DNA from: a virus | Reading direction: 5' to 3' (one strand) | IMG/VR virus record: IMGVR_UViG_3300022700_000177 | Span: 1 to 64,000 of that record | DNA: 64,000 nucleotides | In this document: positions 1-8,620 of the stretch, piece by piece | How positions within the stretch are numbered: the stretch's first letter is position 1 | Layout: each line of letters starts with the position of its first letter | The notes under the pieces: model-generated | The model's database searches: none | What the model was told of the DNA's origin: nothing | Seen by the model: the letters and a program-made list of their open reading frames with translations, nothing else | Translations under genes and position numbers: made by a program

Positions 1-184
1 TTTTGATTGAGCTGATTGTGGCTCTTGGTTTCTACTGACTCCCCAATCATGCTCGGCATCTTTGTAACTAACTCAAAAAATACAAGTTTTTCCCCGATTT
101 ACTATCGTATTTTTGAGTTAGAGAAGATTCGGGGTGTGATTGATAACTGTGAGCAGAGAGAAGACAAACCACGCTCAATCAAAA

Positions 185-219
185 CTTCAGTTTTAGGCTG
201 AAGGGATGTTCTTTGACAA
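185..219 (+). promoter_or_regulatory. boxB-like hairpin followed by boxA-like antitermination element
   Basis: CTTCAG-ttttagg-CTGAAG hairpin (185-203), then TGTTCTTTGACAA (207-219), resembling rrn boxA, upstream of the long early operon. Confidence 0.4.
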
Positions 220-505
220 TACAGAAGTTTTGGGGTTTTGGTAAGATTATTGTTGCTTTTCTCAGGCAAGGCAAAACAGTAACACCCTAAGTTTATTAAC
301 AGTTTTCTTTGTGTGCGAACGCTCTGCGGGGATTGTTTTACTTGTAGTTTAATAATTCTCGTTAGTACAAATTTTCGCCAAAGTGAAACGCCAACCACTA
401 CTTATCGTGTGAGTCTGCCTCCATTAGCTTGGCAAAGGCAGGCCGGGTGTCTGATGTTTCATTTTAACTGCAAGTAGCTGTTTTTCAAATCGGGGACTAC
501 TTGTT

Positions 506-561
506 TTAATTGACTCTGAGAAGGGGAGAACTGAGTTCTTCCCTTCAATTGTGTCAGTTAA
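506..561 (+). repeat. Intergenic 3x4 internal-loop hairpin, copy 1
   Basis: ttaattgac-tc-[tga]-gaaggggagaac-tga-gttcttcccttc-[aatt]-gt-gtcagttaa. Confidence 0.8.
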
Positions 562-587
562 CCATTAAAATTGGAGGTGGTTTATGT
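559..587 (+). repeat. Conserved early-gene leader/RBS, 29 bp identical to 1571-1599
   Basis: TAACCATTAAAATTGGAGGTGGTTTATGT occurs at both positions. Confidence 0.9.
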
Positions 588-910
588 TTAAAGTACAATT
601 TGATTGTCCAGTATGTGGGACCAACAAAATTGAACAGGTAGCTGAAGGGTCTTTTGTTTCTCAACTTGTAGCAATTGTGGACAATGGGGAAAACGTACAA
701 AAAGACTTGGAAATAACAGAAGAGTTTGTTCAAAGATTCCAGTGCTTTGAATGTGGTTTTGTATTAAAAGACGATAATGGGAATTACATCTCTGACCCCG
801 AAGAACTTTACGAACACTTGCTTGAAAACGGCTGGGTATCTAATGAAGAGTATGAGGACACTATTACGGCTGAACGTGCTTCTTATATGAAAGAACAGTT
901 AAACACTTAA
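584..910 (+). CDS. Zn-ribbon hypothetical protein
   Basis: CPVC and CFEC pairs; strong RBS. Confidence 0.8.
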   Translation: MFKVQFDCPVCGTNKIEQVAEGSFVSQLVAIVDNGENVQKDLEITEEFVQRFQCFECGFVLKDDNGNYISDPEELYEHLLENGWVSNEEYEDTITAERASYMKEQLNT

Positions 911-923
911 ATTGGAGGTTGTT

Positions 924-1157
924 ATGAGTAACATTATCAGCAATCGTATGGGGCACAGGCCAATGGGGTATGTAACTTCTCAGTTTTTTGGTATGAATAC
1001 TGATGGGAGTTACATGAGAGAGCTAAGGAAAATAGATAGAGAAGCTCGGGAAGCATCTTCTCGGGGTTCTGCTGTGATTCATGTACGAAAAGGTGAGTCT
1101 CGTTTAGGTGCTTATTTGAGTAGTATTCCAGAGAAAAGCAAGCGTAAGCGTGGTTAA
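924..1157 (+). CDS. hypothetical protein
   Basis: start moved to the ATG after AAATTGGAGGT (909-919). Confidence 0.75.
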   Translation: MSNIISNRMGHRPMGYVTSQFFGMNTDGSYMRELRKIDREAREASSRGSAVIHVRKGESRLGAYLSSIPEKSKRKRG

Positions 1158-1210
1158 ATAATTCTGAGAAGGGGAGAGCATTGTTCTCCCCTTTGATTGG
1201 ATCGTTTAAC
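1153..1210 (+). repeat. 3x4 internal-loop hairpin, copy 2
   Basis: gttaaataattc-[tga]-gaaggggagagc...gttctccccttt-[gatt]-ggatcgtttaac. Confidence 0.8.
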
Positions 1211-1230
1211 TTATAAGATTGGAGGTGGCT

Positions 1231-1536
1231 ATGAAACACAAAAACGGTATTTTCTTTCGTAAGGGCATGATTGTAATGATTACAAACATTTATAACAAAG
1301 ACCTTAAAAGAATACGAATAAGACGTACGGTTGGAATAATTCATCATATTGATGAAGATGGGTATGTCTCATTGTACCCACTGCATGGTACTGCGAGAAA
1401 GGTATTGCGAGAAAGGTATTGCGAGAAAGATGGTCTTGAATACCACACAAATGGAGATAAGACATACAGCGATACTTACGGACATGCTTGCCATCATGTT
1501 TCATTAAAAACCACCCGTATTCTTGGAGAGGTGTAA
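1231..1536 (+). CDS. hypothetical protein containing a 3x14-bp tandem repeat
   Basis: ATG after ATTGGAGGT (1218-1226). Confidence 0.75.
   Translation: MKHKNGIFFRKGMIVMITNIYNKDLKRIRIRRTVGIIHHIDEDGYVSLYPLHGTARKVLRERYCEKDGLEYHTNGDKTYSDTYGHACHHVSLKTTRILGEV
1387..1428 (+). repeat. 14-bp tandem repeat x3
   Basis: GGTACTGCGAGAAA GGTATTGCGAGAAA GGTATTGCGAGAAA. Confidence 0.9.
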
Positions 1537-1595
1537 TTTCAAGTAGGGAGTACTATAATACTCGACCTAATAACCATTAAAATTGGAGGTGGTTT

Positions 1596-1892
1596 ATGTC
1601 TGTTGAAGTGTTGAATATTGAGAGTGGGGTTATCTTGGATTATGGGGAAGTCTTCGGTGAAGAAGACTATACCGATTGTCTCCTCGATCCGGGGGAAGTT
1701 CAAATAACTTTAACTGATGGCAGGGTGTTCACTCTTTATAAGGGTGAACGGCTTGAAATCAACGGACAGACTTGGGAAGTTGTTAATTGCACAATCCCAT
1801 TGTATTGTCCTCAGTGTGGCTTGGCGCATACTTGGGACTCTCACAAATGCGTATATCACGATGCGGATTTAGTGACTGAACCTTTAACATAA
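1596..1892 (+). CDS. hypothetical protein, C-terminal CxxC
   Basis: ORF with conserved leader. Confidence 0.8.
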   Translation: MSVEVLNIESGVILDYGEVFGEEDYTDCLLDPGEVQITLTDGRVFTLYKGERLEINGQTWEVVNCTIPLYCPQCGLAHTWDSHKCVYHDADLVTEPLT

Positions 1893-1948
1893 AGGGAATC
1901 TTACAAGCTGTCTGCTCTCATAGTAGGCAGCTTGGATAGATTTCTTTT
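1891..1948 (+). repeat. 3x4 internal-loop hairpin, copy 3
   Basis: aaagggaatc-[tta]-caagctgtctgct...agtaggcagcttg-[gata]-gatttctttt. Confidence 0.8.
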
Positions 1949-1976
1949 TAAACCTATAAAATTTTAGAGGTGGTTT

Positions 1977-2282
1977 ATGAGTTTTAATAATACTTTATAC
2001 TTAAAACCTTTAGAAGAGCTACAAAGGAGACTTGGCGGTAAGTGCGGTGAAAATAAAAGATGCTGCCCTTATTTCATAACAAAAGGTCTTTGGATTTGTA
2101 AAGATTGTGTTGAGATGTTTAAGGATATTGCGGATCTTCAAAAAGAGGTTGGAGAATCTGAAAAGTCCCATGTAAACCCATGTCCTTGCTGTTCCAAACA
2201 ATTAAGTAGTGAAGTAGTCATAGCAAGACTGGAAGAACTTATTGAGGAATTAAGGGAAGAACTTATTGAAGGGGAAAAATAA
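1977..2282 (+). CDS. Cys-rich hypothetical protein, probable paralog of 4210-4518
   Basis: shared C..CP..CxxC..F..CPC..E..I.R pattern. Confidence 0.75.
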   Translation: MSFNNTLYLKPLEELQRRLGGKCGENKRCCPYFITKGLWICKDCVEMFKDIADLQKEVGESEKSHVNPCPCCSKQLSSEVVIARLEELIEELREELIEGEK

Positions 2283-2301
2283 AACTAAATTGGAGGTATT
2301 T

Positions 2302-2568
2302 ATGAACTGTCCAGTATGTAACTGTGCTTCATTTTGGAATGAAGAAACTGGGTTTGCTTTTGTTTGCCGAGATTGTGGTACAGAAATTCGGTGCAGTGCT
2401 TTAAATTTTCACAAAGTGAACCTTGATTCCGCTATTGATAAACAAGAGTGGATCAAGGCTATCAAAGCAATCCGAAACATTTCCTGTTCACAGGGAGGTG
2501 AAACTATTGGCTTGAAGGAAGCCAAAACCATAGTAGATGTTTTTAGGAAATACATTCCTGTAGATTAG
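2302..2568 (+). CDS. Zn ribbon plus ribosomal L7/L12 C-terminal-like domain
   Basis: CPVC/CRDC, then IKAIKAIRNI...GLKEAKTIVD typical of the bL12 CTD; start after AAATTGGAGGTA. Confidence 0.65.
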   Translation: MNCPVCNCASFWNEETGFAFVCRDCGTEIRCSALNFHKVNLDSAIDKQEWIKAIKAIRNISCSQGGETIGLKEAKTIVDVFRKYIPVD

Positions 2569-2619
2569 GAGGTTTTTAGAAGGCTTGAGTAAAATTCAAG
2601 CCTTCAATAAAACCTTTTA
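2566..2619 (+). repeat. 3x4 internal-loop hairpin, copy 4
   Basis: taggaggttt-[tta]-gaaggcttgag...ttcaagccttc-[aata]-aaacctttta. Confidence 0.8.
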
Positions 2620-2675
2620 GTTTTAACAAACCTACTGTCACTCCGGGGACAGCACAAACAAATTGGAGGTGGATT

Positions 2676-2819
2676 ATGCCAAAGAGCAAGCATAGGAAAA
2701 AAGAAAAACCTAATAGCAGAGCGAGAAAAAGCCAAAAGGTTCAAACGCCCAAACCCAACAACCAAACATATCTGGAAAAAATGTTTTTTGATGCGTTTTT
2801 TAGATTAAAGAATTTTTAA
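2676..2819 (+). CDS. small basic protein (47 aa, not in ORF track)
   Basis: CAAATTGGAGGT leader, then MPKSKHRKKEK...RLKNF*. Confidence 0.65.
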   Translation: MPKSKHRKKEKPNSRARKSQKVQTPKPNNQTYLEKMFFDAFFRLKNF

Positions 2820-2850
2820 GATTTTAAACTCACTCCTGAGGAGGTGGCTT

Positions 2851-3312
2851 ATGTGTATTGCTGTACCTGTAGAAAAAATTGATTTTTTCGATGAAACAGA
2901 AGGATTTGGTTATAAGGTAATGACTGAAAAAAATGGTTTTATTCAGCCTTTATTTCCTCGAGGACAAAAAGGATTTGGTAGGGTTCCTAAATTTTTTAAG
3001 TATGCAAAAAATAGCTTTGTCCCTTTCAAAGACAAAGCTGCTATAAGAGAGTCCCTTATTTATTTCGGACCAAAACATATGTTTGACAATTATGTTCAGG
3101 GTTTCAACTTCTTTCTATATTTTGATGAGGCAGCGAAATACCTGCGAGAAACCGGGTATTATTATTTAAATGCAGAAGTAGGTATTTATAAAATTTATTA
3201 TCAAAAAGGTATTGGCAGCTACACAATACCTTCAGGCTTAGTTGGGAATTATATGAAAACTTCTATTTGTTCTGAATTTATAATTATGAGAAGAGAAAGG
3301 GGGTTTATTTAA
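2851..3312 (+). CDS. hypothetical protein, probable tandem paralog of next gene
   Basis: GYKV...GFNFF..EA here versus GYKL...GFSFF..EA in the next gene. Confidence 0.75.
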   Translation: MCIAVPVEKIDFFDETEGFGYKVMTEKNGFIQPLFPRGQKGFGRVPKFFKYAKNSFVPFKDKAAIRESLIYFGPKHMFDNYVQGFNFFLYFDEAAKYLRETGYYYLNAEVGIYKIYYQKGIGSYTIPSGLVGNYMKTSICSEFIIMRRERGFI

Positions 3313-3314
3313 GT

Positions 3315-3818
3315 ATGTGTAACCGATTTGACGAAGCTATCCAGTGTTTCCATGATGTAAAATTGGATGTTGGGTACAAACTATTTGAATTGTGGGCTAA
3401 AGAATCTACGGGAGATATTTTATACCTCCCTCCATGGTCTTCTTATCCTTATGAATTCAATAAGGATGTTTGTACTTTCATTAAAGAAAAAGAAAGCGAA
3501 GGTGATGGCTTTTCTTTCTTTGTTGAATTAAAAGAAGCTGAACATTTCTTTAAAAACCTTAATTCATGCAATCCCCCTATTAATACCGAACAGGCAGTGC
3601 TGCTTTTTGATAAAACTACTCGTGTAACAAACGTGTTTAAAGGGATTGCTTTAGCCGAAATAGCTTTATTTAACCCCTCATTGGTAATTAGTCACAAATT
3701 GGATGGAAAAAGAAGGGTACTTGGACTTACACCTAAATTTATAATTAAGAAGATTATAGAAACTACAACTACAAACCATGAAATTACGAAAAAAAGGGAG
3801 GATCATTATGGAATGTAA
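3315..3818 (+). CDS. hypothetical protein
   Basis: ORF packed in the operon; resembles upstream gene. Confidence 0.75.
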   Translation: MCNRFDEAIQCFHDVKLDVGYKLFELWAKESTGDILYLPPWSSYPYEFNKDVCTFIKEKESEGDGFSFFVELKEAEHFFKNLNSCNPPINTEQAVLLFDKTTRVTNVFKGIALAEIALFNPSLVISHKLDGKRRVLGLTPKFIIKKIIETTTTNHEITKKREDHYGM

Positions 3819-4137
3819 AAATTGTGGTACAGAAATGTGTTTGGTGGGTTTTGAATCAGAAAAACCTAAAAGGCCAAAGTATATATGTACTGAGTGTGGG
3901 AAACAAGAGGTAAATACTGCCAGAGCTTGGGTAGCTTGGCTTGTACCTTCTATCATGATTAGACTTGACAGTACAAGTCCTGTCAATGAGACCATCCTAA
4001 ATCTTGCTGTTGAATTTTTAGGTCCAATTCATATTCAAGGAGGTAACTACAAAGAAATGATGAGGTTGGAAAGTGTGGTGAAATTCCCAAGAAAATTCTC
4101 TTCTCTTTCATTAGATAGAAAGTATTTTAGGTCTTGA
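3808..4137 (+). CDS. Zn-ribbon hypothetical protein
   Basis: CKNC/CTEC; GGAGG before ATG 3808. Confidence 0.75.
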   Translation: MECKNCGTEMCLVGFESEKPKRPKYICTECGKQEVNTARAWVAWLVPSIMIRLDSTSPVNETILNLAVEFLGPIHIQGGNYKEMMRLESVVKFPRKFSSLSLDRKYFRS

Positions 4138-4187
4138 ATCATCGGAGCCCTGAGTTATTCTCGGGGTTCCCATTGATTTAGGAACCT
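4129..4187 (+). repeat. 3x4 internal-loop hairpin, copy 5
   Basis: tcttgaatc-[atc]-ggagccctgag...ctcggggttcc-[catt]-gatttagga. Confidence 0.8.
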
Positions 4188-4209
4188 TAAACCAAATTGG
4201 AGGTGGATT

Positions 4210-4518
4210 ATGGAAGAGACAAATTTTTATGTGGGGTTTTATGCAAAGTATAACGAAAGGTTTCATGCTGAAAGGGTTCTTCACATTCTTTCAAATTTTG
4301 AAATGCCTTGTTCTATGTCTGTTTGTCCAGGAGAACCTTATTTTCGTATACCTTGGGTGGGAGGTATTGATTATTTGGAGCATAAAATAATCTTTGCTTG
4401 CCCCATTTGCCGTAAATTTGCCGGTATTGACAGAGGTGAGTGCCCTTGTCCAACCCTTGGAAAGGAAGAAAATATCAAAAGGTCTTGGTTAAAACTTAAA
4501 GAAATGGGATTAGTTTAA
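4210..4518 (+). CDS. Cys-rich hypothetical protein
   Basis: CAAATTGGAGGT leader; CPIC and CPCP. Confidence 0.8.
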   Translation: MEETNFYVGFYAKYNERFHAERVLHILSNFEMPCSMSVCPGEPYFRIPWVGGIDYLEHKIIFACPICRKFAGIDRGECPCPTLGKEENIKRSWLKLKEMGLV

Positions 4519-4527
4519 GGGGGTTTT

Positions 4528-4764
4528 ATGTACAAAATGTATGATGTTGACATTGAGGACTTAACTCAAGAAGAAATTCAAGAGTTATTCCTTAAGCATG
4601 ATGAGTCAAACCTGTGGCCTATCAAAGGAAGATTCAATGTTACTGAAAAAGCGATACAAAACCTTAAACAGTTTGAGGAACTTGGTGGTGTTTTGAATGA
4701 CGGTCTTGAGTACGCATTGGCTTTAGACAATGAAATATCTAAAATTGTAAACTCGGAGGTGTAG
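4528..4764 (+). CDS. hypothetical protein
   Basis: ORF with RBS. Confidence 0.7.
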   Translation: MYKMYDVDIEDLTQEEIQELFLKHDESNLWPIKGRFNVTEKAIQNLKQFEELGGVLNDGLEYALALDNEISKIVNSEV

Positions 4765-4765
4765 T

Positions 4766-4969
4766 ATGAAGTACATTAACCATGCAATGGATGAAAAGTT
4801 GCACAAAAAGTTGGTTAAGCTGGCTGAGGAAAGACGCTTGCCCTTACGTCACTTAATGAATAAACTGGTGGACTTGGGGCTTGATCTTGTCAAAGCCCAA
4901 AAGAAAGGGAGTAAAATTGTTGTTGTTGATAAGGAAGGCAATGAAACCCAACTCAAAATCTATCTTTAA
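4766..4969 (+). CDS. putative ribbon-helix-helix DNA-binding protein
   Basis: short N-terminal strand, then DEKLHKKLVKLAEERRLPLRHLMNKLV helices. Confidence 0.5.
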   Translation: MKYINHAMDEKLHKKLVKLAEERRLPLRHLMNKLVDLGLDLVKAQKKGSKIVVVDKEGNETQLKIYL

Positions 4970-4978
4970 GGAGGTATC

Positions 4979-5155
4979 ATGGGAGAACAAATCAATCACA
5001 AACCAAGTGAAAAAAGGCAGATCAGGAAAGCTCAAAAAAAACGTGGAATGAAATATCTTCAAGAAAAAGGTGTTGATGTCATTGAATGGTGTAGACAACA
5101 TGACCCGTTGTATCAAGTCAAGGGTATTGAACGGCACCTAAAAACAAGGAGGTAA
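4979..5155 (+). CDS. hypothetical protein (58 aa, not in ORF track)
   Basis: AAGGAGGT RBS; fills the gap exactly. Confidence 0.65.
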   Translation: MGEQINHKPSEKRQIRKAQKKRGMKYLQEKGVDVIEWCRQHDPLYQVKGIERHLKTRR

Positions 5156-5158
5156 CTC

Positions 5159-5518
5159 ATGGCACTGTATTTCAATCCCAATCCAGAGGCACAGAGGGCA
5201 ATAATGAAGACAATTTTCTTTGTCTACAACAACCACTCTTTATCATCCTTCACTGCTTTTATGGGAAAACTGTCATACCTGGATGGCTATGGTGATGATG
5301 GGGTTGATGTTATTTTGACTTCAGCTAACAGAAGGCCGGTCCAAGACAAAGAGGATTTCATTGAGTTCGGGATTCAGTGGACTCAACAAAAAGATATAAA
5401 TGAACCACATTATGAACATCCAATTTATTGTAGAGAAAACATCTTTATGGTTGGAGGTCTTGTTTATCATGGCAATGATCAATGGGGGTGTTCATACCTA
5501 AAAGTTGCTGAAAAGTAG
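5159..5518 (+). CDS. hypothetical protein
   Basis: AAGGAGGT RBS. Confidence 0.75.
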   Translation: MALYFNPNPEAQRAIMKTIFFVYNNHSLSSFTAFMGKLSYLDGYGDDGVDVILTSANRRPVQDKEDFIEFGIQWTQQKDINEPHYEHPIYCRENIFMVGGLVYHGNDQWGCSYLKVAEK

Positions 5519-5560
5519 ATGCCCTTGGCTTGTGTCAGGGGCATTTATCGTTTCAGGAAC
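5504..5560 (+). repeat. internal-loop hairpin, copy 6 (divergent loop)
   Basis: gttgctgaaa-[agt]-agatgcccttggc...gtcaggggcattt-[atcg]-tttcaggaac. Confidence 0.65.
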
Positions 5561-5583
5561 ATCAACAAATTGGGGGTGGATTT

Positions 5584-5751
5584 ATGTATGTGATTAAAAA
5601 AGGTTCATTGTATGTGGCAAAGGAAGGATTGCCTTGTTCCTACACAAAAGTTGTAAAAAAAGCAAGGAAATTCAAAACAAAAGAGGAGGCTGAACGAAAC
5701 AGATGTCCTGAAAATGAACGGGTTGTTGACTTATTGACTGACATTCTTTAA
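5584..5751 (+). CDS. hypothetical protein
   Basis: start after CAAATTGGGGGT. Confidence 0.7.
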   Translation: MYVIKKGSLYVAKEGLPCSYTKVVKKARKFKTKEEAERNRCPENERVVDLLTDIL

Positions 5752-5762
5752 GGAGTGACTGC

Positions 5763-6461
5763 ATGACCTACATTCAAATCACTACAAGGTGCAACATGCG
5801 TTGTCCACACTGCTGCTACTCATGTACAGAGGATGGACAAGACATGGACATCGAAACATTCAAAAGGGCAGTTAAGGAATCGGATGAGATTGAGGATAGT
5901 GGTATAACTATTGGGGGTGGAGAACCCACACTTCATCCCCAATTTTGGGAGTTCATGGGTATTGCTTTGAGTGCATGGTGTCTTGACGATTTGCCTTTAT
6001 TCATTGCCACTAATGGTTCAAACAAAGACATCTCCATGAGGCTTGCACACATGGCAAAACGGGGACTGATTCATGCAGCTCTGTCCGTTGATGATTTTCA
6101 CTTAGGCATAGATGAGTCAGTGCTAAAGGCTTTCGGCTATTACAGGTCCAGGAAACAGCCTTCCTGGCCTTATGTGGGGCAATACAACACTACGCCAACA
6201 GACTTACGAGAAATCAGAAATGTCTCCTCAAATGTTGCAAACATTGGGAGGGCTGTTGAGAATGGTTTAGGAGTTTCTGATCGTTGTGTATGTGAAACCC
6301 CATTCATCACACCAACAGGCGAAATTTATATGTGCGGTTGTCAAGAGTTTCTTTTAGGTGATATTTTTAATGGGTATGCTTTCCCTGAAGGTTACCATGA
6401 CTTGGATGAGAGGTGTTCAAAGGAATATTTTCAAATGTTAGAGGAAGAGGAGGCGATATGA
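5763..6461 (+). CDS. radical SAM protein with Cys-rich (twitch/SPASM-like) C-terminus
   Basis: CNMRCPHC motif, GGGEPTLHP, ATNG, C-terminal Cys cluster. Confidence 0.85.
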   Translation: MTYIQITTRCNMRCPHCCYSCTEDGQDMDIETFKRAVKESDEIEDSGITIGGGEPTLHPQFWEFMGIALSAWCLDDLPLFIATNGSNKDISMRLAHMAKRGLIHAALSVDDFHLGIDESVLKAFGYYRSRKQPSWPYVGQYNTTPTDLREIRNVSSNVANIGRAVENGLGVSDRCVCETPFITPTGEIYMCGCQEFLLGDIFNGYAFPEGYHDLDERCSKEYFQMLEEEEAI

Positions 6462-6835
6462 CTTACTATGAGTTCAAAAATGAAGAGGGAGAAGGTTATG
6501 GCAGTTTCAAAACCTTTTATTTAGATAAAACTGATAGAATGTGGGAAGATGAAGCAACTGAATGGTTTAAATCTTTAGTGGACTATACTGGAGAACACAG
6601 GGACGATATTAGCCTTCTACTCAAATTGAAAGAAAGGGCAGAATACGCAGGTTTTGACTTGGTTCTTGTCGCTGCAAAAAACGAACCTATTTACATGGAA
6701 ATCCAAAAAGCAAAGAAAGCCCTTTCAGGTTGGTATTGGGTGGCAGAATTTCCTGGCTGCCTGCCTGATGGTGACTTTTTTGGCCCTTTTGAAACTGAAG
6801 AGAAAGCTGTTAACAATGCAAGGAGTTTAGAATGA
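6458..6835 (+). CDS. hypothetical protein
   Basis: GGAGG RBS; GWYW..FPGCLPDG..GPFETE motif. Confidence 0.75.
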   Translation: MTYYEFKNEEGEGYGSFKTFYLDKTDRMWEDEATEWFKSLVDYTGEHRDDISLLLKLKERAEYAGFDLVLVAAKNEPIYMEIQKAKKALSGWYWVAEFPGCLPDGDFFGPFETEEKAVNNARSLE

Positions 6836-7143
6836 AAAAAGGAAAGTTCAAAATTAGTGTTGTGAATGATTTGACTGAAGAACAAAGTTGGCGGGAAGTT
6901 TCTGGGTTGATATCAAAATATTTAGGTATACACAAAGGTGAAGGAGGATATCAAGTAACTCATCTACCTACAGGTTTACTCGCTATTAAGTATCCGCTAA
7001 AATATCTAAGGACTGCAAAGGAAATAGTTTCTGAATATGAAAAAAAGTTTCCTTTTGCATTAGCAGAAAAAAATGTTGATAAAATAAAACCCGTTATTCC
7101 AAAAATGCTCGAAATATTTAACTATTATTTCAACAGGGAGTGA
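6832..7143 (+). CDS. hypothetical protein
   Basis: ATGA translational coupling. Confidence 0.75.
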   Translation: MKKGKFKISVVNDLTEEQSWREVSGLISKYLGIHKGEGGYQVTHLPTGLLAIKYPLKYLRTAKEIVSEYEKKFPFALAEKNVDKIKPVIPKMLEIFNYYFNRE

Positions 7144-7145
7144 CT

Positions 7146-7301
7146 ATGGAAAAGCATAAAAGTATCAGACAAGCTGTGGATTTCTTGGAGATTCAGGGGT
7201 ATAAGCCTATAGCAGGAAAGCCCTGTCATTTCTTCAAATGTAAAAAGAGGGCTGTTATTGTCATCTCCCCAAGAGCAAAGATATTTGTGGCTTACCATTA
7301 G
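7146..7301 (+). CDS. hypothetical protein (51 aa, not in ORF track)
   Basis: GGAG RBS; ends at the next hairpin. Confidence 0.55.
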   Translation: MEKHKSIRQAVDFLEIQGYKPIAGKPCHFFKCKKRAVIVISPRAKIFVAYH

Positions 7302-7364
7302 GTTGGCTGATCCTGAAAAGGGGCAAGCTACTGTTTGTCCCTTTGATTGTTTCAGTGGAACCTA
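7299..7364 (+). repeat. 3x4 internal-loop hairpin, copy 7
   Basis: taggttggctgatcc-[tga]-aaaggggcaagc...gtttgtcccttt-[gatt]-gtttcagtggaaccta. Confidence 0.8.
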
Positions 7365-7383
7365 TAACGAGTGGAGGTAATTT

Positions 7384-7842
7384 ATGAAGCTGAAACTTTC
7401 TCAAAACGGTTTTAACTATCTGATGTTCGGGCATGAAGAGGATGAAAGAGCAACCTTTAAACTCTGGGTGAACAAATACCTTACCAATGGGGAACGTGAA
7501 ATTCACTTCCCCTTAAAAGCTAAGGTGATTGTCACAGGCAAAGGTAACAAAGTTCTAAAGCCAGCAGAGGATGTTTGGACTTTGAACCTGTTTGCAGAAT
7601 GTAACTATAAAGGGGAGACTGATATTTGTGTGCTTGGCAAATCGGTCCCCTTTCTCAGATCGCTTAGTCCATACAAAGAACTGAATTGTGTACACAATCC
7701 AGCTCTTGGTATATCTCGTGGTTTACTTGTCTCTGTCTCTACCCCTGAGCTTTTCTATGAAGTGACAAGAGACAATAAAGTGTTTCAATTACACTGGACA
7801 GAAGGAGGTAAAAGCGTATTGACAAACACCTACAAAGTCTAA
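7384..7842 (+). CDS. hypothetical protein
   Basis: TGGAGGTAA RBS. Confidence 0.75.
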   Translation: MKLKLSQNGFNYLMFGHEEDERATFKLWVNKYLTNGEREIHFPLKAKVIVTGKGNKVLKPAEDVWTLNLFAECNYKGETDICVLGKSVPFLRSLSPYKELNCVHNPALGISRGLLVSVSTPELFYEVTRDNKVFQLHWTEGGKSVLTNTYKV

Positions 7843-7881
7843 GGCCAAAAACTATAAACCTTAACCAAATTGGAGGTTTTT

Positions 7882-8454
7882 ATGACTGAACAATTTCAAT
7901 CAACCTGTGGCTGCCCTTTCGATCCCAATCCAAAGTCTTCCTGTTTCACAATCTGCAAGAAAGATGATCCTGAATCTTTTAAGCAGTGTGAAGGGGCTTT
8001 TGCTTCTGCATCGGAGACAAAGAAGGCTAAACGGAAGAAAGCTGCCAAACCTAAGAAGCAGAAAAGGTATGACATCATCGGTGATGGAGTTGGCACTTCA
8101 GCATCCATGATCAACTCACTCCTCATTTGCGGGGCTACTATGCAAGAGTTTCAAGAGGAAATTGGTTGTGATGCTTCTCGTATTCGGGGTCATTTTGGTG
8201 GGCTGCGTAACGGCAACAAGAATCGTGGTCCAAAAGAAATCTTCCACTCAAAAGAGAACGGCAGGTTTTACTTTGATGATCCCAACTTGGAATACTTTGG
8301 GGAATGTGGCGAAGAGGGCGAGTTGCCCAAACCTACTCCAAAGAAAGGGAAGAAAACTTCAGCCAAGCGTAAAACGGATACGAAAGTGAAAGCCAAACCT
8401 AAAGCTAAAGCCAAACCTAAGGCGAAGAAGGAAACTAAAGCGGAAGCTAAGTAA
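7882..8454 (+). CDS. HTH-like DNA-binding protein with H1-like Lys/Ala/Pro tail; paralog of 25789-26514
   Basis: GATMQEFQEEIGCDASRIRGH core; KAKPKAKAKPKAKK tail. Confidence 0.65.
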   Translation: MTEQFQSTCGCPFDPNPKSSCFTICKKDDPESFKQCEGAFASASETKKAKRKKAAKPKKQKRYDIIGDGVGTSASMINSLLICGATMQEFQEEIGCDASRIRGHFGGLRNGNKNRGPKEIFHSKENGRFYFDDPNLEYFGECGEEGELPKPTPKKGKKTSAKRKTDTKVKAKPKAKAKPKAKKETKAEAK

Positions 8455-8460
8455 TCACCA

Positions 8461-8494
8461 CAGCCCCTGGCTCAGGCCGGGGGCTTATTTTTTT
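8461..8494 (+). terminator. rho-independent terminator
   Basis: AGCCCCTGG-ctcagg-CCGGGGGCT followed by a T tract. Confidence 0.85.
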
Positions 8495-8620
8495 CCTTCT
8501 CCAGCAAGGTAAAACCTGTATTTTCTACTGGCTTTTCTATGCAATTTTACTATTTTAGAGTGTTTGACTTTCTTTAATGCGTGGATCATCTTTCCGCGGA
8601 TCAAAACTAAGGAGGTTTTT

